The notes: a model not told the origin generated them from the sequence alone. Counted from the first letter of the stretch, positions 48,091-59,220 are shown. The stretch: 64,000 bases of DNA from Candidatus Poribacteria bacterium (GCA_965198235.1 OZ240248.1:224001-288000); one strand, 5' to 3'. Numbers and translations are program-made.

Positions 48091-48273
48091 TTAAACCAGA
48101 TGTTTCTCTGCCTTTTCCTTCCGATGGCCCGAGTAATCAACGTATTTCACGCCTTGCTTCATACGTTTCTTTTGCTGCTTCATTAAAAAATCCATATACG
48201 TTTCTAAGTCACCGAATAGGGCGACGAGACGCGCTTTAGCTTTTTAGATGTCTTCTACGGGATTATCACACAT
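48091..48273 (-). pseudogene. Small hypothetical with in-frame stop
   Basis: GGAGG RBS; MCDNPVEDI*KAKARLVALFGDLETYMDFL... Confidence 0.5.
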
Positions 48274-48304
48274 GAGAGTTCCTCCAGTATCGCTTCGGGA
48301 GAGT

Positions 48305-48368
48305 TAACGTGGACGATGGCGTTACGTTTTGACTTGGGTGTGAAAATGAGATCACTCGTTTTCCCTTG
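48305..48368 (-). repeat. Diverged copy of the aspC RBS and first 16 codons
   Basis: 40/47 nt identical from the start codon; VISFSHPSQNVTPSST vs MISLSQRSQNVTPSST. Confidence 0.85.
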
Positions 48369-49470
48369 AGGATGGGTTTGGTACGTTTTCAGAAATAACT
48401 GTGCTAGCCCGGTCAATTCCTCGCGCGGCAGAGCGGAGAGAAATCTGTACTTCCTCAAGTTCTTCCTGCACATCTTGCTGGATTTCTCTGAGCTGATCAT
48501 TCTCGGATGTCAAGGTCGCGATCTGATTACGAGCAGATTGAAGGTCCCGGTCTGTTCGTTTTCTAATCTCTGTCTTAAATTGATCGCATGTAATTTGCTC
48601 ATACTGGCTCTGTCCCTGCTTCTTATAAAATTCCCACTGGCTGGGATCTACCCGATTTGCAAATATGCCAAAGCCTGTGTTACTTGCAGATAGGTAACCA
48701 TTCAACTGTTCCCGTCCATTTCCTTCGTATCCAGCACCTTTACATTCTGCAATAGCAGCGAATTCATGGGTTCCGTCCCTAACCAATACCACATCGGCTC
48801 TTCGGTTGTTAGCACCCATTTGAATTTGCCGTTCTTTTTCCGGGGAGAATCCATTGCCTCCGAGCGCATCAAAGTAAGCATAGACCGCCTGCGCGACTCT
48901 ATCCTCGCGATCTGGACTTTCATGATAACAATTAGCGCACAACTCATATTCCGGATCTTGTAAGGATGGACACGATTGGTTACCACCTTGTGGATGACAT
49001 GGTCAGAGCACTCTGGAGTCTAGACTCTGTTGTCGGTCCTACTTCAGTGACGTTAACCTGATATAAGCTTCTCGGCCTAATTTCACCTCGCATACGTTAA
49101 CTTGTCCCAAGGTTCAGGATTTACACTCTGAAGTGCCGATCTCACAGAGTTCCCAATTAGAAGTATTTTGAAAAATCGCTAAAACTTCACCTTGTATCCA
49201 ATTTTGCAGTTCTCAAATTTGATCCGGTGTAACGCTAAACGTATTCTGTTAACCCCGTTAACTTGTATGTCGCTAACAGTGATCAATGGGAGAAAAAAGC
49301 GTAATCTTCCCATCTACGACTACTACCTGTCCTTGTTCCAACATAGGAGCCACAACGCCTTGTGGTATGAAACATCTAAGTTTATTCGATTCATTTATGA
49401 GATAAAAAGCATGAAGGTCCATCTGTTAATATCTCTACCTCACCCTGTACCAATACATTTCTCTGTATAG
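48352..49470 (-). pseudogene. Decayed gene: possible OB-fold 5' part, HsdR-N-like PD-(D/E)XK nuclease and coiled coil
   Basis: RADVVL...IAECK...EQL..YL in ORF 48352-48942; upstream part disrupted; 5' limit approximate. Confidence 0.55.
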
Positions 49471-49587
49471 TACCTGATAATATATTCGTTATGTCACTCA
49501 CAACATCTGCGCTTGCTCCTATACACTATTTTACACAAAGAACCGCTCAAAACAGAAAAAAGAATTTCAGAAGTGATTTTACTTTTC

Positions 49588-50170
49588 TTATCCAAGAAAA
49601 CAGGATAAACGAAATCCGAGGGCCGAAAGTGCCTTCACGTAACATACATACGCTTCCTCTTGGAATAGGAAAAACTGAATGAGTCTCGGCACGGAACATG
49701 TCGCTGTGTCTCCACAAATTCTGTCACGGTTTTCAGCGCAAAGGTGCTGCCTTTTCAAGCGGGTATCTAAACGTCCCAGTACTTCGCCGGAAACGCTATG
49801 ATTGAATTCCATTTTCCACAGCCAATTGGAGGCATTCTCGGTGACAATTCTCAAGTAACTTGGGTTCTCCAATTCCGCCTCCGGTCCAGATCGGCCCGAC
49901 GGTGTGAATGAGATACTTTACAGAGAGGTTACCCGCCGGGGTGATGACCGCTTCACCTGTTTGACAACCACCATAGTTTTCGCGAATTCCTCACATGCAC
50001 GACCTCTCTACCAGCAGCTTGACGAATCACGAAATCCAGGCCTCCCCCGCCGCTGAGAACAAGATCCGTCGGGTTTACAATAGCATCGACTTCCGCATCC
50101 ATTATATCGCCCTGGATGAGTTCAATCGGGTTCGGTTAAATTTTGTTTCGTGTTCTTGTTGGTTGTGCAT
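49588..50170 (-). pseudogene. Macro domain (YmdB-like) pseudogene, multiple frameshifts
   Basis: Across frames: [44 protein letters not shown]. Confidence 0.8.
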
Positions 50171-50544
50171 AACATCCGATCCAACTTCTTTTCCACTGGT
50201 TTGGTAGACCTTTTTTTCGCCTCAAGCAATTCTTGGGATACCTTTGCAAAACGTTCCCGCAATTCAACTATGAAAGGCGGAGGATTCCGTAGTTGCTCCT
50301 GTGATGCTTCCTCGTCAAGTTGTCTCACCCGTTCCAGATATGCCCCCACCTTCTCTTTTTTTGCTAAGTAATAGAGGATAGTCGCGTGTATTTTTTCAAG
50401 AGTTAAAGTTGGATAGCGCAGTAGGATTTCTTCGGGACTCGCACCTTCCAAATAATCTTCTAATACAATTTCAATCCCAATACGGTTTCCCTTGATCCGG
50501 ATAACATCTTCTTGGATGAAGTCGAAGTAATTTTCTAATTCCAT
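50122..50544 (-). CDS. DUF433 antitoxin-like protein
   Basis: IRIKGNRIGIE.VL..Y..GASPEEI...YPTLTLE.IHA.I.YY. Confidence 0.85.
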   Translation of the reverse strand: MELENYFDFIQEDVIRIKGNRIGIEIVLEDYLEGASPEEILLRYPTLTLEKIHATILYYLAKKEKVGAYLERVRQLDEEASQEQLRNPPPFIVELRERFAKVSQELLEAKKRSTKPVEKKLDRMLCTTNKNTKQNLTEPD

Positions 50545-50563
50545 CGATGTATTTCCTCATATC

Positions 50564-50635
50564 TCATAAGGTCCTCTCAAGTTTTTTCAGGAGCCTCCAT
50601 TGGTTGCGCCACAACGATTTTGGCACTTCCATAAT
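50564..50635 (-). repeat. Diverged copy of the dnaJ 3' end
   Basis: EVPKSLWRNQWRLLKKLERTL* vs [21 protein letters not shown]. Confidence 0.8.
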
Positions 50636-50677
50636 CGATTTTCGCATAACTACGAGAAACGCCAATCATGATAGGAT

Positions 50678-50965
50678 TCAGTTCCCATTTGATCCCAAGA
50701 TTCGCTTGAATTCATCAAGAGTCGACACGCGAACTGCCTCGCGCAGCAGCTCCCTGAGGTGCTGGATTTCTTCGATGCTCTCAAGTGTAGGTTTTAACGC
50801 ATGTACCTCGCTGGTTTGAAAGCGACTCTCCAATACATCTAACAGAGATCCCAAAACACCTTTTCTTTCACCCTGCTCAATGCCCTGTTCAATGCCTTGT
50901 TCCGTGAAGTGTTGAATAACAGATGATTCGTGCATGGTTTCCTCCGATATAATCTCACGAAAAAT
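50678..50965 (-). pseudogene. C-terminal remnant of an Rpn/YhgA-like protein
   Basis: MHESSVIQHF, EQGIEQGIEQG repeat, LESRF, LRELLREA. Confidence 0.65.
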
Positions 50966-50972
50966 GCTTTTT

Positions 50973-51842
50973 TCATAGCGTTTTCTCAAGTTCCTTCAAC
51001 AAATTCCGCTGTTTGCGAGACAAAGATTTCGGGATTTCCACGACCAACCGCACCCGCAAGTCGCCTTTTCTACCGGAGGTGTCTACCCCACCTCGTCCAC
51101 GTAAGCGGAACTGCTGTCCGGGTTGCGCGCCGGGCGGGATTTTCAGATCCACATCCCCTGTTAGCGTTTGTACCCGAACGAAACCGCCTAACGCCGCTGT
51201 TGTCATAGAAATCTTTGCGTCTGTCAGCAGGTCTGTCCCTTCGCGGGTCAGTGTCGGATGCGGTTGTACAGAAACGGTTACCAACAGGTCGCCTGAAATA
51301 CCGCTGCCGAGGGATTCTCCATGACCCTGAATACGTAAGGTTTTTTCATCCTGAATACCCGGCGGAATTGTGAGCGTGAGACGCTTTCCTTGGACATTCA
51401 CCTCTTTCTTGTTCCCTAATGCCGCGTCCGCGAAAGGGATACTGACGTTCATACGGATGTCGCGTCCGCGAGGCGGAGCAGTCGTGCGTCGCTGTCCGAA
51501 CGCATCACCGAATGCATCGCCAAATCCACCGAACCCACCGAATCCGCCGCGTCCGAAAATATCGTCGAGGTTCAGGTGCGTGAAAATGTCGTCCATCGTC
51601 CGATAACCTTCAAAACCCATACCCTCAACGCCTGCGTGCCCGCGGGTATCATACATACGTCGCTTTTCAGGATCGGAGAGGACCGAATACGCGTTCGATG
51701 CCTCTTTGAACTTCTCCTCTGCCACTTTGTCACCGGGATTCTTGTCCGGATGATACTGGACTGCGAGTTTGCGATAGGCTTTTTTGATTTCTTCTGGAGT
51801 GGCACCCCGATTCACGCCGAGGATTTCGTAGTAGTCTCTCAT
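50973..51842 (-). CDS. dnaJ: DnaJ-class chaperone without Zn finger (CbpA-like)
   Basis: [15 protein letters not shown] region, C-terminal domain. Confidence 0.9.
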   Translation of the reverse strand: MRDYYEILGVNRGATPEEIKKAYRKLAVQYHPDKNPGDKVAEEKFKEASNAYSVLSDPEKRRMYDTRGHAGVEGMGFEGYRTMDDIFTHLNLDDIFGRGGFGGFGGFGDAFGDAFGQRRTTAPPRGRDIRMNVSIPFADAALGNKKEVNVQGKRLTLTIPPGIQDEKTLRIQGHGESLGSGISGDLLVTVSVQPHPTLTREGTDLLTDAKISMTTAALGGFVRVQTLTGDVDLKIPPGAQPGQQFRLRGRGGVDTSGRKGDLRVRLVVEIPKSLSRKQRNLLKELEKTL

Positions 51843-51876
51843 AAGTACTCTATAATAAATGATATAGCGATTATCC

Positions 51877-53013
51877 TTAAAGCATAGCGAGGACCGCTGA
51901 CACATCTCGTAAGGATCGGTGCTGTTTAACGAGTGTTGCTCCGAATTGAAGTGCTGCCTTTTCTATGCGCAGTTTTTTAGGTATATCAGCAATACCCTCT
52001 ATGTCTTTAACGTGTGCCGCACCGATAAGGCGACGCAGCATCTCCAGTCCCGCAAACCCTATTGCTTCGTGGAAGACTTGTTGTAACGTTTGTTCTTTCA
52101 ACGTCCCATCAACTGTTCTAAATTCAAGCGTGTAAGTGTGCCACGTCTTTGCAATCGCTGTTTTGAGGGCGGCTTGCACGTCCGAGGTGTCTTGATGTGA
52201 AAAATAGGATAAGAGATAGTTCGCCCAATATAATCCGAGGTCAAATCCTACGGGACCATAAAAGGCAAACTCGGCATCAATCACTTTCGCTGTGTTGTTT
52301 TGGACGAGAACACTTCCTGTGTGCAGATCGCCATGGGTTAGGGCTTGCTGCGCTGTTAGAAAAATCTGTTTGAGGTACTCTACCTGCTGCAGAAAGTCCG
52401 TATCCGTTTTCAATCGCCGGACATCGGGCTCTAATCCTGGAGTCCAGAAATTCGTTTCATGTTCGGTGTACGGAAAAGTGAACACATAATCGGCAGTTAT
52501 CGACTGCATGGTGGTGTTTGCAAATTGCTGTCTATAATGCTGCACAGTTGTGCTGTCAAGGTTCTCGACATAGGTGTGGCTATGTACGATGCCCATAAAT
52601 CGCCCAATCTGTTCAGCGATGCCGGTGTCCACTCTGCCTACGATTAGGTCCGCGCGCAGGACCTGGGCATCTCGGAGGTCCTCCATTACTATGACCGCGG
52701 TTTCAGCATCAAAGTAGTATAATTCAGGGACGGGCCCGCTTGCGAACTGGTTGTAGATGTCCAGGGCACGGGACTCGTAAATCAGACGTTCGACGGATAA
52801 TGGATACTCGGGGCCTAATATCTTAATGTAGGGTGGCGCGTGTTTCAGGACGACCGAACGCTCCGGTTGCGCTGCGTCCGAGACGCGATAGACTGTATTA
52901 AGATTACCATCGCCAATCTCTTCTATGCGGAGTTCCGTCTCCGATTCAAACATACGGATCTCAGCACGTCGTTGATGTAGATAGTCCGGCAGCGTGGCAA
53001 GGTCGAGTTCCAT
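51877..53013 (-). CDS. mtnK: S-methyl-5-thioribose kinase
   Basis: [38 protein letters not shown]. Confidence 0.93.
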   Translation of the reverse strand: MELDLATLPDYLHQRRAEIRMFESETELRIEEIGDGNLNTVYRVSDAAQPERSVVLKHAPPYIKILGPEYPLSVERLIYESRALDIYNQFASGPVPELYYFDAETAVIVMEDLRDAQVLRADLIVGRVDTGIAEQIGRFMGIVHSHTYVENLDSTTVQHYRQQFANTTMQSITADYVFTFPYTEHETNFWTPGLEPDVRRLKTDTDFLQQVEYLKQIFLTAQQALTHGDLHTGSVLVQNNTAKVIDAEFAFYGPVGFDLGLYWANYLLSYFSHQDTSDVQAALKTAIAKTWHTYTLEFRTVDGTLKEQTLQQVFHEAIGFAGLEMLRRLIGAAHVKDIEGIADIPKKLRIEKAALQFGATLVKQHRSLRDVSAVLAML

Positions 53014-53028
53014 ATCTTTCAGACAGCC

Positions 53029-54027
53029 TTACAGCAGATTTTCGGCTATTTGGATAGCGTTTAGAGCAGCACCTTTGCGGAGGTTGTCTGCTACTACCCA
53101 GAGATTCAAACCGTTTTCTATGGAAGCATCATCACGAATTCTACCTACATAGACTTCATCTTCCCCTGCGACATCAACAGCGAGTGGATACTGTTGGTTG
53201 TCGGGATCGTCCACAACTTTGATCCCGGGGGCAGTGGCGAGGCACTCTCTCGCTTGGGCTGCCGTGAGTTTCTCGTGCGTCTCGACGTTTATCGATTCAG
53301 AATGCGCGAAGAAGACTGGGACTCGGACAGTTGTAGCGGAGACACCAATCGTATCGTCTGCAAGTATCTTCCGGGTCTCATCGATCATTTTTACCTCTTC
53401 TTCGTTGTCCCCGCTGTCTAAGAAGGGCCAATCGAACGCGACATTGAACGCCATCTGATGTGGGAATTTATCTAAGGTGATCGGCTTGCCTTCGAGTGCT
53501 TCAGTCGTTTGTTGAACCAGTTCCATAACAGCACGTCCACTTTTACCAGAGACGCTTTGATACGTGGAGACAACGACCCGTTTGATGCCGACAAGGTCGT
53601 AGATAGGTTTAAGTGCTACCATCATTTGGATGGTAGAGCAGTTTGGATTGGCGATCAGTCCATTGTGACTGCGGGCAGCATCCATATTGACTTCCGGGAC
53701 AACGAGAGGTGTTCCGGCGTCCATACGGAAGGCACTCGTATTGTCAATGACGAGTGCACCTTTTTCTACGGCTGTGGGGATGAACTCGCGACTGACAGAC
53801 GCGCCTGCTGATGAGAACACTACGTCCACGTCTTCAAAAGAGTCGTGTGTCAGTTCCTCAACGATAATCAGATCATCTTTAAAGGATAGAATTTCACCCG
53901 CAGAACGGTGCGATGCTAAAAGCTTGAGGGAAGAAACTGGGAACGATCGCTCTTCAAAAATTTGCAACAGGGTATTACCGACAGCACCCGTTGCACCGAC
54001 AACCGCAACACGATAACTCTCACTCAT
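53029..54027 (-). CDS. asd: Aspartate-semialdehyde dehydrogenase
   Basis: GATGAVG, NPNCST, VRVPV..HS, DNLRKGAALNA. Confidence 0.96.
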   Translation of the reverse strand: MSESYRVAVVGATGAVGNTLLQIFEERSFPVSSLKLLASHRSAGEILSFKDDLIIVEELTHDSFEDVDVVFSSAGASVSREFIPTAVEKGALVIDNTSAFRMDAGTPLVVPEVNMDAARSHNGLIANPNCSTIQMMVALKPIYDLVGIKRVVVSTYQSVSGKSGRAVMELVQQTTEALEGKPITLDKFPHQMAFNVAFDWPFLDSGDNEEEVKMIDETRKILADDTIGVSATTVRVPVFFAHSESINVETHEKLTAAQARECLATAPGIKVVDDPDNQQYPLAVDVAGEDEVYVGRIRDDASIENGLNLWVVADNLRKGAALNAIQIAENLL

Positions 54028-54339
54028 TTCTGATGTTTTCCTCTTTTGTGTGATTCAAGCAGAATTTTTGTAAGGTTTGTTTAACGTATAATTTTACCAC
54101 AAACACGCCCTTTAAGCAAATATTTCGGTAAAAGATGCCGTGTTACAGCGGAATTCGTTGCCTCCAGGACAAAAAAACTTGACAAATTGTGTAGTCTGTG
54201 GTATTAAAATTAAGAGACCTATATATTATGTCAAGTTAACCGTGTTCTATCTTCTCTATCTCTAATACGGTTATTCAGGGTTGAGCGTAGGCTTTTCCCG
54301 TAACTCAGGTTAATTTTTTGGCGCTAACCAAATTTTATC

Positions 54340-54368
54340 TTGACATATCTATATCTGTATAGTATAAT
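54340..54368 (+). promoter_or_regulatory. Consensus sigma70 promoter of hup
   Basis: TTGACA-17-TATAAT; a second TTGACA at 54179. Confidence 0.85.
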
Positions 54369-54491
54369 ATAATTACTATTAGTTTTTTGTTAAATCCATT
54401 TTGCGTCCGAGGCGTGTGAATCTCGTTTTCCGAACAGTTCGGAAAACGTAGTATTTTCTTAATCGGACTAAAAATTAGAGGAACACTTGAC

Positions 54492-54773
54492 ATGGCAAAA
54501 TTAATGAAAAGCGATGTCGTCAGCAGCATCGTTGAACAAACAGGCCTTAGCAAAAAAGATGCGAACGCCGCTGTTGATGCTTTTGCTGCGACTATTTACG
54601 ACGCTTTGAGTAATCGCGACTCTGTTGGATTAATCGGTTTTGGAACATTTGAAGCCAAACATCGTCCAGCTCGCACGGGTCGCAACCCGCAGACTGGCGC
54701 ACCACTTGATATTCCAGAGAAGACAGTCCCTGTCTTTAAAGCTGGTAAGAAACTTCGCGACTCTACTGCCTAA
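54492..54773 (+). CDS. hup: DNA-binding protein HU
   Basis: GFGTF, ARTGRNPQTG, PVFKAGK. Confidence 0.96.
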   Translation: MAKLMKSDVVSSIVEQTGLSKKDANAAVDAFAATIYDALSNRDSVGLIGFGTFEAKHRPARTGRNPQTGAPLDIPEKTVPVFKAGKKLRDSTA

Positions 54774-55068
54774 AACTGGCGGTTCTCTCGCTCAGTTTCT
54801 GGAAAAGCCGCCGGGCTGTGCCTCGTTTTTAATTGAGGGATGGCTGCGGCTTTTCCACGTTACGCCTATTGACAAGAGTCTCTGCAGGGTTTTTTCATAA
54901 CGGGAACTACCTTCACAACATATTCCAACACTCTGCTATCGCCTGCAGTTATCGACACAATTTTTTGTCTGTATTGTTTGTAGGTCCCTTTTCCATTCTT
55001 TTGTCCGCATCATTTATAGGCACGCTTTCCGAGCGCGTTGGTTAAAATCTGATGTCAGGAGACACATC

Positions 55069-56154
55069 ATGTTAATCCGAACGAGAGCCCCAGTCCGCAT
55101 CGACTTTGCCGGCGGATGGAGTGATGTAGCCCTCTTTACTGAATATTCAAAAGGGCTTGTCGTCAACGGGGCAATTAACCGATACGCTTATGCAACCCTC
55201 CGCTGTGAACGCCAAGTGGCAGACGACGATTCTGTTGAACTCCAGCGCGTTCTGGATAAAAGCATTCGTATCTATTCCGCGGATTTTGATACATTCATTG
55301 AAGCGGACGATATACGTCAACTTGAATATGATGGGAACATTGATTTAGTCAAGGCAGCTGTGCGACGCATGTCCATACAGATCGGCGGTTTCGACCTGAT
55401 TACTCAGTCCACTGCGCCGCCGGGAAGTGGATTAGGCACTTCCGCCGCAATGGGAGTCGCACTCGTCGGTGTGCTTGGTGCACTTAAAGAAGCTACCTAT
55501 CTTCCTTATGAGTATGCGGATCTCGCGAGCAATATTGAACGTCATGAACTCGGTATCCTCGGCGGAAAGCAGGATCATTACGCGAGCGCAATCGGCGGAA
55601 TTCATTTTATGGAGTTTCAGGGGGAGGAGGTGAAGACCTCACCCTTGAAATTTCCACCACACATCCGTTACGAACTTGAAAAGAATCTTGTCCTCTGTTA
55701 TACCGGAAAGTCTCGCCTCTCTGGTAATATACATCAGAATGTAACTGAAGCTTATAAAAGCGGGCAATCGAGTGTCCGCGACGCATTGGAAACTCTCAAA
55801 GCCACCGCTGAGGCAACAAAAACAGCACTGATGCGCGGGCGGTTGACCGAATTCGGCGAACTCCTCACCCAAAATTGGCAGAATCAGAAGAAGTTACACC
55901 CCTCTGTCACAAACGAACAGATAGAATCCCTTTTTAAAATTGCAATGACGCACGGTGCGATCGGCGGGAAAGCTTGTGGTGCTGGTGGCGGTGGGTGCCT
56001 CCTGTTTTACTGCGAACCTACACGTGAGCATCGCGTCCGTCAAAAACTTGAAGAAGCAGGAGCGCGGGTCATTGATGTTAACTTTGATTTTGACGGGCTC
56101 CAAATGTGGAAAGTCCAAACAACGGATATGATGGATGGAAAACCGACTCCATAG
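55069..56154 (+). CDS. GHMP sugar kinase (HddA-like heptose-phosphate kinase)
   Basis: RAPVRIDFAGGWSD, PPGSGLGTS, GGKQD, GAGGGG. Confidence 0.85.
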   Translation: MLIRTRAPVRIDFAGGWSDVALFTEYSKGLVVNGAINRYAYATLRCERQVADDDSVELQRVLDKSIRIYSADFDTFIEADDIRQLEYDGNIDLVKAAVRRMSIQIGGFDLITQSTAPPGSGLGTSAAMGVALVGVLGALKEATYLPYEYADLASNIERHELGILGGKQDHYASAIGGIHFMEFQGEEVKTSPLKFPPHIRYELEKNLVLCYTGKSRLSGNIHQNVTEAYKSGQSSVRDALETLKATAEATKTALMRGRLTEFGELLTQNWQNQKKLHPSVTNEQIESLFKIAMTHGAIGGKACGAGGGGCLLFYCEPTREHRVRQKLEEAGARVIDVNFDFDGLQMWKVQTTDMMDGKPTP

Positions 56155-56384
56155 CCTCTTGATAACTGTTCATTTCTCCATTCTCCATTGGCATTAACCA
56201 AAAACCGGGGCCCCGCCCGTTACTGGGAAGGGACGTGGAACGATTTAACCATCAACTCGACTCCGTTATAAATGTTAAAGCACGAGTGTTTTTGCTTGGG
56301 GTGTTTTTGCTTGGGTATTTCTGCGTATTGCTTGGGTGTTTCTGCGGATTTCTTCGATGGTTAACATATTTGATAGTTTAAAAA

Positions 56385-57404
56385 ATGAAAAATGACATTT
56401 CAGCGACGCAGACCGGAACAGATATAGAAGCCGCCGAAGCCTTGAAAACGGCGAAGGAAAATATTTTAAACCAACTCAGGAAGCGAATCATTGGGCAAGA
56501 CGCAGTAATTGAGCAGCTTCTTATCGCACTCTTTTCGCAGGGACACTGTTTACTGGTGGGCGTGCCGGGGTTAGCGAAGACCCTGCTCATCAGCACATTC
56601 GCGCAGATTCTGGAACTCCCTTTCAATCGAATCCAATTTACGCCGGACCTGATGCCATCGGACATTATCGGCACAGATATTATTGAGGAAGGCGAGGCAG
56701 GGAAACGCGCGTTCCGCTTTATTAATGGACCCGTCTTTGCTAACATCGTCCTTGCTGATGAGATTAACCGAACACCCCCTAAAACGCAAGCCGCACTCTT
56801 ACAAGCGATGCAGGAGTACCAAGTCACCGCGGGCGGCAGAACATATCCATTGGAACGCCCGTTTTTTGTTTTAGCGACGCAGAATCCGATTGAGCAGGAA
56901 GGCACCTATCCGCTACCCGAAGCGCAACTCGATCGATTCATGTTCCATATCACACTTGATTATCCCGATAAAGCTGCCGAAAAAGAGATTGTAATGACAA
57001 CAACTGCGGCTTATGAACCGGAGATAGAATCTGTTATCACAGGGGAAGAGGTCTTGCGAATACAACAGGTCGTCCGGAAAGTGCCGATTGCCGAAGCAAT
57101 CGTGGATTATGCAGTGGAATTGAACCGACAGACGCGACCTACTTCAGAGGCACTTGATTTCATTCAGGATTGGGTGCAGTGGGGTGCAGGACCGCGGGCA
57201 TCGCAGTATCTCGTGCTGGGCGCGAAGGCGCGCGCTATTCTTCATGGACGCTATCATGTTGCTTATGAGGATATCAAGGCAGTCGCTATACCTGTGCTAC
57301 GCCACCGGATTTTGACGAATTTCAACGCCGAGGCTGATGGTGTCACAAGTTTGGATATTATCAGTAGATTGTTGGAAAAGGTTCAACCGCCAGCGGTACA
57401 ATGA
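56385..57404 (+). CDS. moxR: MoxR family AAA+ ATPase
   Basis: GVPGLAKT, RIQFTPDLMPSD, DEINR, TQNPIEQEGTYPLPEAQLDRF. Confidence 0.93.
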   Translation: MKNDISATQTGTDIEAAEALKTAKENILNQLRKRIIGQDAVIEQLLIALFSQGHCLLVGVPGLAKTLLISTFAQILELPFNRIQFTPDLMPSDIIGTDIIEEGEAGKRAFRFINGPVFANIVLADEINRTPPKTQAALLQAMQEYQVTAGGRTYPLERPFFVLATQNPIEQEGTYPLPEAQLDRFMFHITLDYPDKAAEKEIVMTTTAAYEPEIESVITGEEVLRIQQVVRKVPIAEAIVDYAVELNRQTRPTSEALDFIQDWVQWGAGPRASQYLVLGAKARAILHGRYHVAYEDIKAVAIPVLRHRILTNFNAEADGVTSLDIISRLLEKVQPPAVQ

Positions 57405-57446
57405 ACGGAGGGTCTTAGAGCAATACGACCGATTGATACTTTTAAG

Positions 57447-57639
57447 ATGGACAAGAAAACGATCTTTATCACATCGCTTTTTGAAGAATCAGATGAGAAG
57501 GAATATTGGCTTTCTAAAACTTTTTTCGACCCGCTTGGAAGCACTCGAATTGATGCGACAGATTAACTATGGCTACAACCCAATTACCGATCGACTTCAA
57601 AGAATTCTTGAGGTTGCTAAAATACGCCATTTGCTATAG
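57447..57639 (+). pseudogene. Small antitoxin-like gene with frameshift
   Basis: MDKK...EESDEKEYWLSKT joined out of frame to RLEALELMRQINYGY...RLQRILEV. Confidence 0.55.
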
Positions 57640-57840
57640 ATATATCACCCTGTCCCCTTTCCCAGTAACGGGTGAGGGGAAAGCACCTGAAAAACCTTGC
57701 TGAAACGTCCAAAATTTGTTAGTAGAGACTTGAGTTAGTTATAGATTCTTAATAACTGCTCATGTTCCCATCCCGGTTGGAATTAACCAAAACCATCGTG
57801 AAACGTAGTGAAACGATGACCATATTTGATAGCTTAAAAA

Positions 57841-59220
57841 ATGAAGATTGCAATCATAGGAACAGGATATGTCGGCTTGACCACGGCTGTGGTGCTTGCC
57901 TATCTCAATCATGATGTCGCTGCAGTGGACAAAGACGAGAGCAAACTAAACCTTTTGCACGAGGGGAAAAGTCCGATTCATGAACCCGGCATCCAAAGTC
58001 TTCTTGAAGAGGTGCAGCACACGATCCGTTTCACGCCGAATGTAGCTGAAGTTGTACCGGAGGCAGAGTTGATTCTGATTGCTGTGGGGACACCACCGAA
58101 AAAGAACGGTGAAGCGGATACACAACATGTGGAACAAGCTGCGAGGGAGGTCGCCCACGTCTGTCTACCTGACAGGCACTACACACTTGTTGTCAAATCT
58201 ACAGTCCCGATAGGCACGAATCAGCGTGTCGCTGAGGTTGTGGAGGCGGTATTTTCGGAACGTGGGCTTCGAGGGAACGTCTCCGTCGCTTCAAATCCGG
58301 AATTTTTGCAAGAGGGACTGGCATTGCAAGGCGCGTTCTATCCGGATCGGATCGTCGTTGGTGCGAACAGCGATGAAGCGATTGATACCTTACGTCGCCT
58401 CTATAAACCGATCCTCGAACAGACATTTGACCCGCCGAGCGAGTTTCCACGTCCGTCTTCTTACCACCTGCCACCAATGATGACAACGGATCCGAACAGT
58501 GCTGAAATGATTAAATACGCTGCGAACACCTTCCTTGCGCTTAAAATTAGTTTTATCAACGAAATTGCCGGGCTTTGTGAGGAGGTTAATGCAGACGTGA
58601 CAGAAGTCGCACGCGGTATCGGACTTGACGCACGTATTGGGAATCGGTTTCTCCAAGCAGGTCTCGGATGGGGGGGTAGCTGTTACCCCAAAGACACCGC
58701 TGCTTTGTTAGGAGTCGCAGCGCAATCTGGGTACGAGATGCCGATTACGGAAGCCGCGCGCACCGTCAACTTCCGCCAGCGGGAGCGTGTCGTCGAAAAG
58801 TTGCACAGCACATTGGGCACCCTCAAGGACAAGACCATTGGTATCCTTGGGCTCGCCTTCAAACCAAACACCGATGACGTTCGCGAAGCACCCGCACTTG
58901 ACATTATCCGTGAACTGATTGCCGCGGGTGCGACTGTTCGGGCACACGATCCGATCGCTATTGCAAACGCACGGCGTGCTTTAAGCGAGAACGAGAAAAC
59001 TAACAATAACAGATTGCTTTTCACAGAAGATGTATACGAACTCTCGGACGATGCCGATGCTCTCGTGCTCGTTACCGAATGGGATCTCTACCACAGACTT
59101 GAACTTCGTAAGCTCGCCAAACAGATGAAAACTCCGATCCTCATTGATGGGCGCAACGTTTATTCTCCGGAAGAAGCGAGAGCGGCAGGTTTTCAATACA
59201 TTGGGATCGGCAGAGTGTAG
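57841..59220 (+). CDS. ugd: UDP-glucose 6-dehydrogenase
   Basis: GTGYVG, KSTVP, NPEFL, GGSCYPKD, FKPNTDD.RE, DGRN. Confidence 0.93.
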   Translation: MKIAIIGTGYVGLTTAVVLAYLNHDVAAVDKDESKLNLLHEGKSPIHEPGIQSLLEEVQHTIRFTPNVAEVVPEAELILIAVGTPPKKNGEADTQHVEQAAREVAHVCLPDRHYTLVVKSTVPIGTNQRVAEVVEAVFSERGLRGNVSVASNPEFLQEGLALQGAFYPDRIVVGANSDEAIDTLRRLYKPILEQTFDPPSEFPRPSSYHLPPMMTTDPNSAEMIKYAANTFLALKISFINEIAGLCEEVNADVTEVARGIGLDARIGNRFLQAGLGWGGSCYPKDTAALLGVAAQSGYEMPITEAARTVNFRQRERVVEKLHSTLGTLKDKTIGILGLAFKPNTDDVREAPALDIIRELIAAGATVRAHDPIAIANARRALSENEKTNNNRLLFTEDVYELSDDADALVLVTEWDLYHRLELRKLAKQMKTPILIDGRNVYSPEEARAAGFQYIGIGRV

